64,000 nucleotides of DNA. Source: a virus (taxonomy: Duplodnaviria; Caudoviricetes). Location of the stretch: positions 3,216 through 67,215 of IMG/VR virus record IMGVR_UViG_3300046529_000616; one strand, given 5' to 3'. The notes beneath the pieces are model-generated. The model did not search any database and was not told where the DNA came from. It was given only the letters and a program-made list of their open reading frames with translations. Made by a program: the position numbers and the translations under genes. This document shows, in pieces, positions 17,218 to 27,574 of this stretch (positions are counted from its first letter, which is position 1; each line of letters starts with the position of its first letter).

Positions 17218-20200
17218 GTGCCTGATAACGTGAGAATTGAACTTAGTGCCCAGGACGATGCGTCAAGTGTTGTTAGAAATTTATCGAATGAACTTCGAAA
17301 ATTTCAAGTGCAGCACGACTCCATTATTCGCAAGTATGGCGAACATGCAGGAGAGGTTTATTACCAACGGCAAACTACTGCAATTAGAGAACAGATTCGT
17401 GCAACGACTGAACTCGCGGCGGCGCAGGAACGCGTTCAGCGATATATGCAGGCACAGTCCAGTCTTTCTGCAAGTCGGGTAGAGGATCTTCTATTTCCAA
17501 AAAACGCTGCTGAAAACATCCACGGTTATGAAAGGAGTTTTAAGGAGTTAGTAGAAAATGTCGACCATGGCTCAAATCGTATGGGCCAAGGTATGCGGCA
17601 TGTTATTGCGCTGTTCGACGAGTTCCAGCGTGGCCAACGCGGGGCTATGACTGCGTCGGCAACGGCCTTCTTGCGAGACACAGGGCTGTTGCAGCAAGGC
17701 ATCAATGCTCTGATGACTCCGTGGGGCGCGGTTGCTGTTGCAGGTGTGGCAGCATTGGGTGCAATCGCCTATGCTGCTGAACAAGCCCATCAGCGCATAG
17801 CTTCAATTCGCGACACCGCTGCTGAGTTGGCCTTAAAAGGACTCGGCGCTGGTCCGCAAGTTCGAAGCGATATTGCAAAAGAGTTTGACGCAGCAAAGGC
17901 AGCAGGTAACGAATACGCCGGAACTATTAAAGACCTTCAGGTCGAACTTGCTACGAAACTCCCCGCTGCGACTCAGGAAACCCGGACAGAGATAATTTCC
18001 CTTGCACAGTCCTTAGCTGGACTGAAAAACGTTTCTGCTGAGAAAGCAATTGAGCCGTTTTTGAAGGCGTTAGAGCACGGTCCCGAAGCGGCGGCCAAGT
18101 TTGTTGAAGGCCAACGCGGACTAGAAGGCGTTATCCGTTCGAATGGAATGACGCTTTCTGAGACTGTTCGAACGATTACGAACGTGGCTCAGGCTTACCG
18201 ACTTGTTGTCTCCGAATTTGGCAAGGGCCAAATTATGGAGGCAGGAAGAGAGACGAATCTACTTAAAAATAGTTTTGTTGAGTTGTCCGGCGCGTTTATG
18301 GACGGCGGTACGGGGCTTGGTGGGACGTTTAATCCTGCCATGAATACCACCGCGGAAATGATTGCGAAGGCTCACGACGCAACGAAAGATCTGAACGAAT
18401 CTACTCGCCAGAACATCGGCGAGATGATGGCACAAGCGGACGCAATCAAGACGGGAAATAGAAGTCTTGACGATCGTGTAACGGCGCTGAATCGAATTAA
18501 GGACGCTCAGGCGGGGGTGTCTCGGCTTGCTGGCGAAGTTGGAGAGTATGGTGATCCGACTGCAGCGCAGCGGGCGGCCAATGCGGTAAAGAACTTAGAA
18601 GCCGACCAGAGGAAGCAGACTCAATCTGGTGAGGAGAACGAACATCAGCTCCGAATGAATCGGATCAATGCTGAGGCACAGGCGCAACATGCTAACCTAG
18701 CCATTCAAACCCAGGCAGCACAGAAACGGCTCGACGAAGCAAGGCGGATGTCGGAAATTCGCCTTCCTGGTGGCGATCCGAGTCAAGATCCAAGTGTTCA
18801 ACAGGCAAAGGCTGCGCTTCAAGAAGCGGAACGGAAACAGTCGGATGAGACTCGGCGGATAAAGATTGATAATGCACACGCGGTAGCGGCAGAAGAAGCC
18901 CGTGGGACACAAGCACGGATCAAGGCGGAAGAAGATGCGCTTGCAGAAATTAAAGCGGGCGTTGCTGCGGGTAGAACTGCTAAAGAGGAAATAGGTCGGC
19001 AAGAAATCAAACTGGCCAACCTGAGACGGGAACTCAACAATAAGAATTTCCAAGAAGCCAGGGACAATGCACGAGCGGAAGTAGAGTTAGCAAAAGGAAA
19101 TGTAGATCAAATTCTCGCAGCGTATGCGAGGTTGAGTCAAGCCGCTGTTCGCACCGGACAGGCTCCGGCCGTTAATGCTCAGATTGAGCGCGAAAAGGTT
19201 CGTGACTTAGAATCGGCCCAGTCCCAGGCGTTTACGAGAGTTACTGAGTTTAATTCCTCGATGGAGCGTCAGGACAACCTGCGCATCCAGGCAAACCATG
19301 CGGCGCTAGAGATTCAAGTTGCCCAGCACGCCATGTCGAAAGACCAGATGGCGGCGAAAGAGGCTGAATTTACCCAAACCGTCATGGCGGAAGAGGAGCG
19401 TCGGGTCGAGGCGGAGTTAAAAACAAACGGACTCACAGAAGCTCAAAAGGTCCGGCTCTACGATCACCTGGCGGAACTCTATCAGAAAGATGCTGAGAAA
19501 CAGCTTCAGGCACAAGAGAAACTGACTCAAGCCATCGAAGCCGAAAATACGAAGAAGCTCAAGTCGTTCCAGACGATGTTTGATTCCGTTGGAACGGCGA
19601 TGGAAAGACTCCTCGATGCAGGGATCACAAGGTCTCAGACTCGACAGCAAGCGTTCCAGGAATTTGGAAAAAGCATCGTCAAGTCGATAACAACGGAACT
19701 TGGCCATTTAGGATCACAGTACGCTGGGAAGGGACTTGCGAGTGTTCTTGGTGTCAAAACCGAGGGCATGACCGACACGGGCATCGGTGCGGTTCTGAGT
19801 CGGGCGATTGGCGACAAGCTCGGGTTGACGAAAGAGTCGACAGGTACGGAGGCGCTGAAAGGCGTTTCCGACAAGATGCAAAAGGCCGTCGACGCCCAGT
19901 CGAAAGCGTCGGAACTGTTTAAGAACTCTGTTCAGGAATTTGCCAAAGCCAGTTCGGCGTTGGTTGGGCTGGCAGATAAGCGGGGAGTTCCAGGCGGGTT
20001 TAGTCGAGGAGCAAGCAACGATAATCAACTGGGTTTAGATTCTCCAAGTTCCCAAGCCTCTGCGGCGGTCAGCGAAGCTCTGACTCATACGGGCGAGAAG
20101 CTCAAGAACTATTGTGCGATTTTAGTCAATCAAGCGTTGGAGAAGGCTGGAGTCCAAGGTTCCGGTTCAGGACTTGCTTCGAGCTTCAAGAATTACGGAT

Positions 20201-21348
20201 CTCCGGTTTCTCCGGATGATGTCAGAAAAGGGGATGTTTTCTATGCTCCGCCGAGTGGCTGGGGCGATACAGGTCACGTAGGGTTCGCCACTGGCCCAGT
20301 TTCTGGCGGGCGGGTTCCGGTTATGTCCTCCCACATGCAGGGAGCAGCAAGTAACCCTGCCGGGGAAGAGACTCGGGACATTTCCAACCTCACGTTCCGG
20401 CGGCCGAACTATACGGACACGGTTAAGGTCGATCCGAGTTCGGTGGCCCAAGGAGTTGAGCAAGGAAACAAGGAAGCGTACTCTGTCGGCCAGGTCGCCA
20501 TTCAAGAAGGTGTCACTCAAGGAAATTCGGACGTAGTTTCTACCAATCAGCAACTTAGCGATAAGGTTGCAACGCTTCAGCAGACCTCCGACCAGCAGAA
20601 ACAAGCTATTACTCAGAATACGCAAGCCCTCAGTCAGAACACCCAGAAACAAGGCTCAGGGACAGGAACGGCTTCTACTACGTCTTCCATGACGAGTAAT
20701 TTAGGGCTCTTGACTCAAGGTCTCGGCATCGCCGCCTCGGCGGCTTCGATCTTTGGTCGGCAACTTTCGCCAACTGCTCGGGCGGCTCTGGGAGCAGTTG
20801 GAGTTATTACCCAGCTTACGAGCTTTGTCAGAACCGCAGGATCTTCGCTCGGCCTGTTTGGCGATGCGGCGAAAGCAACGTCGAGCGTGACAACGTTGTT
20901 GCAAGGGGCAAATACCGCGAACACGGTTGCAACGACTCTGAATACAACTGCCACCACAGCGAACTCAACCGCGCAATCGTCTGCTGCGGTGGGAAGTGGG
21001 ATTGGAGGAATTTTCAAATCTATTCCGCTGATTGGAATGTTGTTTGAACAGGGCGGAATTGTACCTTCCGCTGCTGGTGGGATGATTTCGGGTGGTGGAC
21101 TCTCGATCCTTCATCCAAAGGAAATGGTACTTCCGGCGCACTTGTCGACTGGGCTTCAGAACATGATTAGCCGGCAGCAGTATACGAATAATAACCAACC
21201 TGGTGCGGTGCTGAACTACAACGCTAACGTGACGGGGTATCATCCTTACGCATCCCGAAGCGCATTTGATGCCCTGCTTCGCCAGCATGGGAATGCCCTG
21301 ATGGGCCACGTTGAGAATGCAGTCCGTAATGGTTGGCGGGCGGCGTAA
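17218..21348 (+). CDS. Tape measure protein with CHAP/NlpC-P60-like peptidoglycan hydrolase domain
   Basis: 1376-aa helical Ala/Gln-rich protein; YCAILVNQAL (Cys 20113) ... GDVF...GHVGF (His 20275); FEQGGIVP...LHPKEMVLP C-terminal TMP motif. Confidence 0.9.
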   Translation: MPDNVRIELSAQDDASSVVRNLSNELRKFQVQHDSIIRKYGEHAGEVYYQRQTTAIREQIRATTELAAAQERVQRYMQAQSSLSASRVEDLLFPKNAAENIHGYERSFKELVENVDHGSNRMGQGMRHVIALFDEFQRGQRGAMTASATAFLRDTGLLQQGINALMTPWGAVAVAGVAALGAIAYAAEQAHQRIASIRDTAAELALKGLGAGPQVRSDIAKEFDAAKAAGNEYAGTIKDLQVELATKLPAATQETRTEIISLAQSLAGLKNVSAEKAIEPFLKALEHGPEAAAKFVEGQRGLEGVIRSNGMTLSETVRTITNVAQAYRLVVSEFGKGQIMEAGRETNLLKNSFVELSGAFMDGGTGLGGTFNPAMNTTAEMIAKAHDATKDLNESTRQNIGEMMAQADAIKTGNRSLDDRVTALNRIKDAQAGVSRLAGEVGEYGDPTAAQRAANAVKNLEADQRKQTQSGEENEHQLRMNRINAEAQAQHANLAIQTQAAQKRLDEARRMSEIRLPGGDPSQDPSVQQAKAALQEAERKQSDETRRIKIDNAHAVAAEEARGTQARIKAEEDALAEIKAGVAAGRTAKEEIGRQEIKLANLRRELNNKNFQEARDNARAEVELAKGNVDQILAAYARLSQAAVRTGQAPAVNAQIEREKVRDLESAQSQAFTRVTEFNSSMERQDNLRIQANHAALEIQVAQHAMSKDQMAAKEAEFTQTVMAEEERRVEAELKTNGLTEAQKVRLYDHLAELYQKDAEKQLQAQEKLTQAIEAENTKKLKSFQTMFDSVGTAMERLLDAGITRSQTRQQAFQEFGKSIVKSITTELGHLGSQYAGKGLASVLGVKTEGMTDTGIGAVLSRAIGDKLGLTKESTGTEALKGVSDKMQKAVDAQSKASELFKNSVQEFAKASSALVGLADKRGVPGGFSRGASNDNQLGLDSPSSQASAAVSEALTHTGEKLKNYCAILVNQALEKAGVQGSGSGLASSFKNYGSPVSPDDVRKGDVFYAPPSGWGDTGHVGFATGPVSGGRVPVMSSHMQGAASNPAGEETRDISNLTFRRPNYTDTVKVDPSSVAQGVEQGNKEAYSVGQVAIQEGVTQGNSDVVSTNQQLSDKVATLQQTSDQQKQAITQNTQALSQNTQKQGSGTGTASTTSSMTSNLGLLTQGLGIAASAASIFGRQLSPTARAALGAVGVITQLTSFVRTAGSSLGLFGDAAKATSSVTTLLQGANTANTVATTLNTTATTANSTAQSSAAVGSGIGGIFKSIPLIGMLFEQGGIVPSAAGGMISGGGLSILHPKEMVLPAHLSTGLQNMISRQQYTNNNQPGAVLNYNANVTGYHPYASRSAFDALLRQHGNALMGHVENAVRNGWRAA

Positions 21349-21351
21349 AAG

Positions 21352-22803
21352 ATGACCTTTCCGGTCATGCCAGCGTTGAACGGATTTTCAATCCATAAGC
21401 GGCCAACGTTTGCGACTACAGTACAAACCCCCAAATCTGGGCGAGAAGTAACGAACTTTCAACAGTATCTTCCCGTTTGGGAGTTTGAACTGGTTTATGA
21501 GATTCTTCGGGATCAGACCCAGAACACGATTCCCTTCAGCTATTTCTCTGGAAAGACCGACGTTCAACAACTCATGGGGCTTTTTGCGGCCTGTTCAGGG
21601 GAGTATGGGTTCTTTTACTTTACTGATACAAGTGATGCAAGTCGGACGAAACAGCCCCTGGGCCTAGGCGATGGGTCGACGCAGAACTTTCGGCTTCTTC
21701 GAACCATTACGCTTAACTCTCTTACATATACCGAACCAGTTGGGGGAATTAACCTTGGAGAGTCTGTAACGGTTTTCGTCAACGATGTGGCGGTTCCTGA
21801 GTCTGGAAACTGGACCATCAGTGCCGATTTAACCACGTTAGAGTTTACAACCCCACCGGCAAATGGAGCGACAGTCACAATTTCGTTTTCCTATTACTAC
21901 CTCTGTCGGTTCATTACGAACGACGCAGAGTTTGAAGAATTTATGTATGGTCGCTGGCTTCAACAGGGACTCAGATTCCGCTCGATACTTCTCCATGCTG
22001 CCGGTCAGGGATCGCTTCCGCCTTGGACTAATCCTCTTGATCCGCCGATTCCAGTGACTCCACCGGGAGTTCTGCCTCCTGGGAAGTATTACTGGGAGAT
22101 GACGGTCGATACTGCTGGTCGGGACGGTACGGCGGGATATGGAGTTCTGTGCGGGGTTTGTTTGGCCTCGACTCCGCTCACTGGAACCGTGGCAACAGCG
22201 ATCAACATTGCTCAGGGGCCAGGCGGAGCGTTTATAACTGCTCGGGCTGGAGACTCAACGGAAACCTGTCCGGGTTGGGGAAGTCCTACTCGAATGGGTG
22301 GCATTCCTCAAGGCTGCCCGGCAGCGGTAGGGGAGGTTTTCGGCTTTGCATTAGATACGATCAATCATAAACTTTGGGTTCGAAATGTGACTCGAACCGT
22401 TCCCGCCCCTGGCTGGGCAGGGGATATTGCAGGAAACTTAAACGGAAACCCGGTTACAAACGCCTTCGGAGCCGATTTGGCAGTAATGGGACTGGTGGGA
22501 AACTTGTTCATGATCTGTGGGGCGTCTCATGGAGCTGGGATGAGTGCTGGAGTCGGAACGGTAAACCTCGGCCAAAGTGCTTTTGTTAATCCGAGTTTAA
22601 CCGGGTTTGTTTCGATCTATTCCGCCTACAATGCTGCGGCGTTAAACGCTGGGGACAACAGTAACCTTGTCCTTACCAATGCGGGAAAGACATTCAACGG
22701 AACAAATGTCCCGGTTACTTTCGCCCCGCCGATTGCAGGGTTTTCAACTAACGTTGGCTATAGTAACGCTGTTAGAAGCAACTTCTCGATCCAGCAGATG
22801 TAA
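21352..22803 (+). CDS. DUF2460-family distal tail protein with C-terminal SPRY/lectin-like extension
   Basis: KRPTFATTVQTPKSGREV, GDGSTQNF.L and F..PPANGATVT motifs; ~270-aa extension with KYYWE.TV and FGFALD...KLW (SPRY-like). Confidence 0.75.
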   Translation: MTFPVMPALNGFSIHKRPTFATTVQTPKSGREVTNFQQYLPVWEFELVYEILRDQTQNTIPFSYFSGKTDVQQLMGLFAACSGEYGFFYFTDTSDASRTKQPLGLGDGSTQNFRLLRTITLNSLTYTEPVGGINLGESVTVFVNDVAVPESGNWTISADLTTLEFTTPPANGATVTISFSYYYLCRFITNDAEFEEFMYGRWLQQGLRFRSILLHAAGQGSLPPWTNPLDPPIPVTPPGVLPPGKYYWEMTVDTAGRDGTAGYGVLCGVCLASTPLTGTVATAINIAQGPGGAFITARAGDSTETCPGWGSPTRMGGIPQGCPAAVGEVFGFALDTINHKLWVRNVTRTVPAPGWAGDIAGNLNGNPVTNAFGADLAVMGLVGNLFMICGASHGAGMSAGVGTVNLGQSAFVNPSLTGFVSIYSAYNAAALNAGDNSNLVLTNAGKTFNGTNVPVTFAPPIAGFSTNVGYSNAVRSNFSIQQM

Positions 22804-22808
22804 CTCCA

Positions 22809-23489
22809 ATGCCAATGTTCCTTGCCACAGTTCCAGTCCTTCCGACCCTGAATGGGTTTTCGGTTAGGAAAAAGCCTACGTTCGGAGCAGCAGTTGCGCA
22901 GTCAGTAAGTGGACGGGAGATTACTTCGGTTAAGCAGGCATTTCCGCTTTGGGAATTTGAGTTGACGTACGAGGCGTTGTTGACCCAGACGGAGAATCAG
23001 GTCATTTACAATCAACATAAAGATTATCTACAATTGGAAGAGATTCAGACCGTTTTTCTAGCCTGTTCTGGGCAATACAGCCGGTTCTATTACGACGATC
23101 CAACAGACAATTCCCGCACGGCGCAAGTAATTGCGACTGCGGATGGAGTCAGTCCTACGTTTCAGATCATTCGAACTCTTGGGGGTGGGTCATCGAGCTT
23201 GTCCGAACCTGTTGGCGGGCTTAATGCGACGAAACCATATCAATTCTATGTCAATGGCTCGCCCACCGCTGTTACTCTTGCCAACTTCAATCGAACGATT
23301 ACGTTTGCGTCAGCTCCAACGGCGGGAGCCTTAATCACTGGGGATTTCTACTTCTTCTATCTCTGTCGGTTCCTGACCGATATGAATGATTTTGAGCAGT
23401 TCTTAACCAATCTTTGGACTTTACGATCATTGAAATTCCGGTCGGTTAAGGATTTCGATGGTGGAATTGCGGGGATGCCGCCAACATGA
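22809..23489 (+). CDS. Second DUF2460-family distal tail protein
   Basis: Clear paralogue of the N-terminal part of 21352-22803 (KKPTFG..SVSGREI, WEFELTYE, YLCRF). Confidence 0.75.
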   Translation: MPMFLATVPVLPTLNGFSVRKKPTFGAAVAQSVSGREITSVKQAFPLWEFELTYEALLTQTENQVIYNQHKDYLQLEEIQTVFLACSGQYSRFYYDDPTDNSRTAQVIATADGVSPTFQIIRTLGGGSSSLSEPVGGLNATKPYQFYVNGSPTAVTLANFNRTITFASAPTAGALITGDFYFFYLCRFLTDMNDFEQFLTNLWTLRSLKFRSVKDFDGGIAGMPPT

Positions 23490-24385
23490 AGCCAGTTTCT
23501 TCGACGTTTGTGAGCTTCATCGCCTCGTCCCAACAGATGCCATTTTGTGAGCTTTATACGTTCGAGTTTGCAGATGGGAGTTTTGCATATTATACCGACT
23601 TGGACAAAACAATTTTCTATGGGGGAAATACGTTCCTTGGAAGTTCGCTGAGGATTGAAGGATTAAGATACAAACTAACCAATACGTTTGAGGTTGATGA
23701 ACAAGAGGTGCGGATCAGTGCGTTTCCCGACGAAACTCTGGGCTCGGCGGCGTTTTTCACAGCGGTCGGGGGCGGGTTATTGGACAATGCGAAACTCACC
23801 CGACAGAGAGCGTTCTGGGATCCAAGTTCGGATCAGAGACCGTTCATTGTATTTCAAAATGCCCCGTTGGAAGTGGTGACGTTGTTCACAGGGTTTGTTT
23901 CTACGATTACGAAGCTGGGACAGACACACGTTGAGTTCAAAGTCAAGAGTCCGCTTAGACTTTTCGACATGGATATGCCCAGAAACAGTTTCTCGCCGGG
24001 ATGTTTGTGGACTCTATTCGATGCGGGCTGCACTTTGAACAAGGCATCGTTTACAACGAGTTTTGTAGTAGCAAGTGCGAACCAGGTTACTGTTATTCCA
24101 ACAACTTCCTTCACTCAAACCGGGGCGGACGGAATACCGAACTATTATCAGGGGAGGTTGCACTTTCTTTCCGGAGTCAATGCTGGGCTTCAGGTTGTTA
24201 TTGCCAACAACGATGCAACACAGTTTAATCTTCAATATCCGCTTTATGCAATTCCAAACCCCGGCGATACGTTTGAAGCGAGCGTTGGGTGTTCGAAATT
24301 GGACTCGACATGTTCCGCGAAATTCTCAAACCTGGCTAATTTCCGAGGGTTTCCGCGAGTGCCTCCGGTGGTGGTGAGCATCTGA
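23486..24385 (+). CDS. DUF2163 / BR0599-family baseplate hub protein
   Basis: C.WTLFDAGC.L, GDTF...GCSK...C..KFSN..NFRGFP C-terminal motifs. Confidence 0.85.
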   Translation: MKPVSSTFVSFIASSQQMPFCELYTFEFADGSFAYYTDLDKTIFYGGNTFLGSSLRIEGLRYKLTNTFEVDEQEVRISAFPDETLGSAAFFTAVGGGLLDNAKLTRQRAFWDPSSDQRPFIVFQNAPLEVVTLFTGFVSTITKLGQTHVEFKVKSPLRLFDMDMPRNSFSPGCLWTLFDAGCTLNKASFTTSFVVASANQVTVIPTTSFTQTGADGIPNYYQGRLHFLSGVNAGLQVVIANNDATQFNLQYPLYAIPNPGDTFEASVGCSKLDSTCSAKFSNLANFRGFPRVPPVVVSI

Positions 24386-24834
24386 TGACTGAAGATGAAG
24401 AAAGAGCCCTGGTTGTCAAGGAAGCTCAGTCTTGGCTTGGGACTCCATACATTTCTAATGGTGCGGTCAAGGGAGCTGGAGTCGACTGCGGGATGCTTCT
24501 GGTTCGGGTTTATGTGGATGCAGGATTGATAGAGGACTTTGACCCGAGACCTTACCCCGCTCAGTGGGCGCTTCATCAATCGGCGGAAAGATACCTTGAA
24601 ATTGTCCAGTCCTATGCTCATGAGATTGACGGACCTCCCCTTCCTGGCGACCTGGCCTTGTTCCGTTTTGGCAAATGCTGGGCACACGGGGCGATCGTTA
24701 CTGACTGGCCCAATATCATCCATGCCAATCCAACGATAAATTCCCAAGCACCCTGTCGGGTTGACAGTTGGGAACGGAACTCGGACCTAAATCGAAGAAA
24801 GCCCAGATTCTTTTCTATTTGGCCAAGGGTCTGA
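24385..24834 (+). CDS. NlpC/P60 tail-associated peptidase
   Basis: AQSWLGTPY, GVDCGML, PGDLALF and AHGAIV motifs. Confidence 0.9.
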   Translation: MTEDEERALVVKEAQSWLGTPYISNGAVKGAGVDCGMLLVRVYVDAGLIEDFDPRPYPAQWALHQSAERYLEIVQSYAHEIDGPPLPGDLALFRFGKCWAHGAIVTDWPNIIHANPTINSQAPCRVDSWERNSDLNRRKPRFFSIWPRV

Positions 24835-24838
24835 CTCT

Positions 24839-27091
24839 ATGGGATTCCTCTTCGCAAGAAGTAAGAAAACTGTTCCGGAACTAACCGGGCTCCAGATCCA
24901 GACTGCTGTCAACGTGATGCCCATTCCGATTGTGTATGGGTGTCCAAGAATCCCGATGAATATAATTTATGTCAACGGGTTCAAGGCCGTTGCACAGAAA
25001 GCCTCGGGAGGAAAAGGACTTCTTTCTGGAGGAAAGGGCCAGACAACCGGGTATAAATACTACGCAACTTTCATCGGGGCGTTGTGTGAAGGGACGGGAG
25101 GAAATATCCTAGTTGTCTTTGACGACCAACAGACCTATACCACCACTACCGCTCCTGATGGAAAGATTTTTCAGAGTTTTGATGGAAGCCCGACGCAATT
25201 ACCCTGGACTGTTGTGTCAGGATCGTGGCCCGCTGATGCCTTTGGATATAAGGACACGGCGTACATTGGATTTGGCCCCGATTGGCCGTTGGACTCGTCG
25301 GCGACTATTCCCCAGTTGAATTTCGTGTTTCAGGGCGTTCTCTACGACTCCTGTCCGTTGAATTTGTTTACCGCGCCGAACGGAAGTCAATACTTTCTTG
25401 ACGCCGATCCGGGAACGGTTATTTATGACTTTCTGCTCAATGCAACTTATGGAGTCAATTTCCCGATTGGGATGTTGGATACGGCAACTCTTCTGACCTC
25501 TACCGATGGGTTTAATCCTTCCATTGGCGATGCAGCGATTTCAACGTATTGCCAGGCTGTAGGGCTTGGCTGGGCGGTGGCGCTCAACAATGCCGAGCCT
25601 GCGGCGAGCATTCTGGAAAGATGGTGCAAGAATCTCGTAGTTGCTCCAGTTTGGACAGGGAGTCAATTGAGATTTGTGCCGTACTATGACACAGCTGCCT
25701 CGGCGAATCCAGGTTGGGATTCTGGCGCTGGGATTGCAAAGAAGTATTATACCCCGGAAATTCCGACCTTGTTTGATTTAACCATTGATGATTTCATTCA
25801 AGCGGAACAACAAGACGACCCGGTTACGGCGTCGAGAGTAGACATTATCGACATTAAGAATGTCGTTCGATTAGATTTTCGGGACAGGTATAATCTGTTT
25901 AATAACAATGTCGCCGAGGCAAAGGACGAGGCGTTGGTTGAACTAGTCGGTCCAAGGGTCGATCGAATTGGAGTCGCGGACGAGTTTTCCCTTCTGACTT
26001 ATGCTGCTACTAGTGTCCAGATGCAGCTTCAACGAAACGCTGCGATCAGGAACATTTTCACTTTCCGTCTGGGTTGGCAGTATTGCATTCTCGATCCGAT
26101 GGACATTGTGACGATCACGGAACCGGTTTTGGGTCTGAATCAGTTTCCGGTGAGGATTAAGTCCATCGAGGAAGATGAGAAAGGTATCCTTACGATTGTT
26201 GCTGAGGAATTTCGCCTTGGCGCCGGTTCGCCAACTGTCCTTGCTCATGCGGATAATCTGCCTCCGACTCAGTTGCAGTTTAATGTTCCCGCGCCGAGTG
26301 TCAATGAGCCGGTTATTTTTGAACCGACAGCTCCTATGCGAACGGCCTTCGGCCTGGCAGTTCCGAGTGTGATGATTGGACTCTCCGGTGGCCCGAGTGG
26401 AACCTTTGATCCAAATTGGGGTGGGGCAAACGTTTGGCTGAGTACGGACAACGTTACCTACATTGAACAGCCACCGCCAGTTGTGGGTCCGTCGAGGATG
26501 GGAGTCACGACAGCTATCCTCGCTGCGTATGGAGGGGTCAATCCTGATCCTGGGCCATTGAGAGTTGATGTTAGTGAAAGTAATGCGGTTCTTGAGTCGG
26601 TAACTTCGGCCCAGGCTAGTGTGGGATTTTCGCTTTGTGCGGTCGTAGAACCTGGTGGGGATTATGAGCTGTTATCTTATACGACAGCTACATTGACCGG
26701 TCCTGGAGCATACGATTTAACTGATCTTTATCGTGGACTGTTCGGCACAACTGCTTGTGCTCATCCCTCGGGCTCGAAGTTCATTCGAATTGATCCATCG
26801 ACGTTTTCGGTTGCACTTCCGACTTCCACGATCGGAGCGATCGTTTATGCTAAGTTTCCCAGTTTCAATATCTATGGCCTTGAGACTCAGGATCTTTCCT
26901 CCTGCACCGTTTATACTTATGTTCCGTTGGGAGCAGGATTTACTGTTGCAAACAATCAGATTGTAATTATGCTTCTGGCTGGAATCCCTGTTGACCTGAT
27001 GACGGTGGTGGCCGATCCATTGGACTTGAACCTTGGCGGCGGTGGAGCCTGTTCGGTTGCGAGTATCGCTATAGACTTGGAGGCTTTGTAA
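24839..27091 (+). CDS. Host-specificity / central tail tip protein (GTA gp15-like)
   Basis: PIPIVYG N-terminus, RLGW...LDPMDIVT, WGGANVWLS and RG.FGT motifs. Confidence 0.8.
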   Translation: MGFLFARSKKTVPELTGLQIQTAVNVMPIPIVYGCPRIPMNIIYVNGFKAVAQKASGGKGLLSGGKGQTTGYKYYATFIGALCEGTGGNILVVFDDQQTYTTTTAPDGKIFQSFDGSPTQLPWTVVSGSWPADAFGYKDTAYIGFGPDWPLDSSATIPQLNFVFQGVLYDSCPLNLFTAPNGSQYFLDADPGTVIYDFLLNATYGVNFPIGMLDTATLLTSTDGFNPSIGDAAISTYCQAVGLGWAVALNNAEPAASILERWCKNLVVAPVWTGSQLRFVPYYDTAASANPGWDSGAGIAKKYYTPEIPTLFDLTIDDFIQAEQQDDPVTASRVDIIDIKNVVRLDFRDRYNLFNNNVAEAKDEALVELVGPRVDRIGVADEFSLLTYAATSVQMQLQRNAAIRNIFTFRLGWQYCILDPMDIVTITEPVLGLNQFPVRIKSIEEDEKGILTIVAEEFRLGAGSPTVLAHADNLPPTQLQFNVPAPSVNEPVIFEPTAPMRTAFGLAVPSVMIGLSGGPSGTFDPNWGGANVWLSTDNVTYIEQPPPVVGPSRMGVTTAILAAYGGVNPDPGPLRVDVSESNAVLESVTSAQASVGFSLCAVVEPGGDYELLSYTTATLTGPGAYDLTDLYRGLFGTTACAHPSGSKFIRIDPSTFSVALPTSTIGAIVYAKFPSFNIYGLETQDLSSCTVYTYVPLGAGFTVANNQIVIMLLAGIPVDLMTVVADPLDLNLGGGGACSVASIAIDLEAL

Positions 27092-27574
27092 ATGGCCGTT
27101 GTCTTTCAGCTCCGTCGGGGAAGTACCGCAACCAGGTTGGCCTATACTCCTTTGGTTTCGGAATTGTTTTTCGACACAGACACAAACCGACTTTACATTG
27201 GCGATGGAACAACTGCCGGCGGAGTTCTTGTCGGCGGGACTTCTATTCCACTTTCTGTTATAAATAAAACTGCTAACTTCTCGGCTGCGACCGGCGAAAG
27301 CGGAACTCGATATACTAATTCTGGTGCTGGGGGAACTGTAATTGGTTCTCTTCCGGCTGCGACGATAGGATTGGCTTTTGCCCTTTCTGTAATCACGGCT
27401 CAGATTCTCCGCTTCGCCGCGAACGGAACGGACGTGATAACCTGGGCTGGGACTGATAGTGCGGCAGGGGGTACTATCGAAGGAAATGTCAAAGGATGGT
27501 TCCTGTTGCTTGAGTGCCATGCAACAGGTTTATGGACCGTAACGCAATCCCAAGGCGGGTGGACAATAACATGA
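27092..27574 (+). CDS. Putative tail fibre protein
   Basis: QLRRG...ELFFDTDTNRLYIGDG (major-tropism-determinant-like N-terminus). Confidence 0.65.
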   Translation: MAVVFQLRRGSTATRLAYTPLVSELFFDTDTNRLYIGDGTTAGGVLVGGTSIPLSVINKTANFSAATGESGTRYTNSGAGGTVIGSLPAATIGLAFALSVITAQILRFAANGTDVITWAGTDSAAGGTIEGNVKGWFLLLECHATGLWTVTQSQGGWTIT

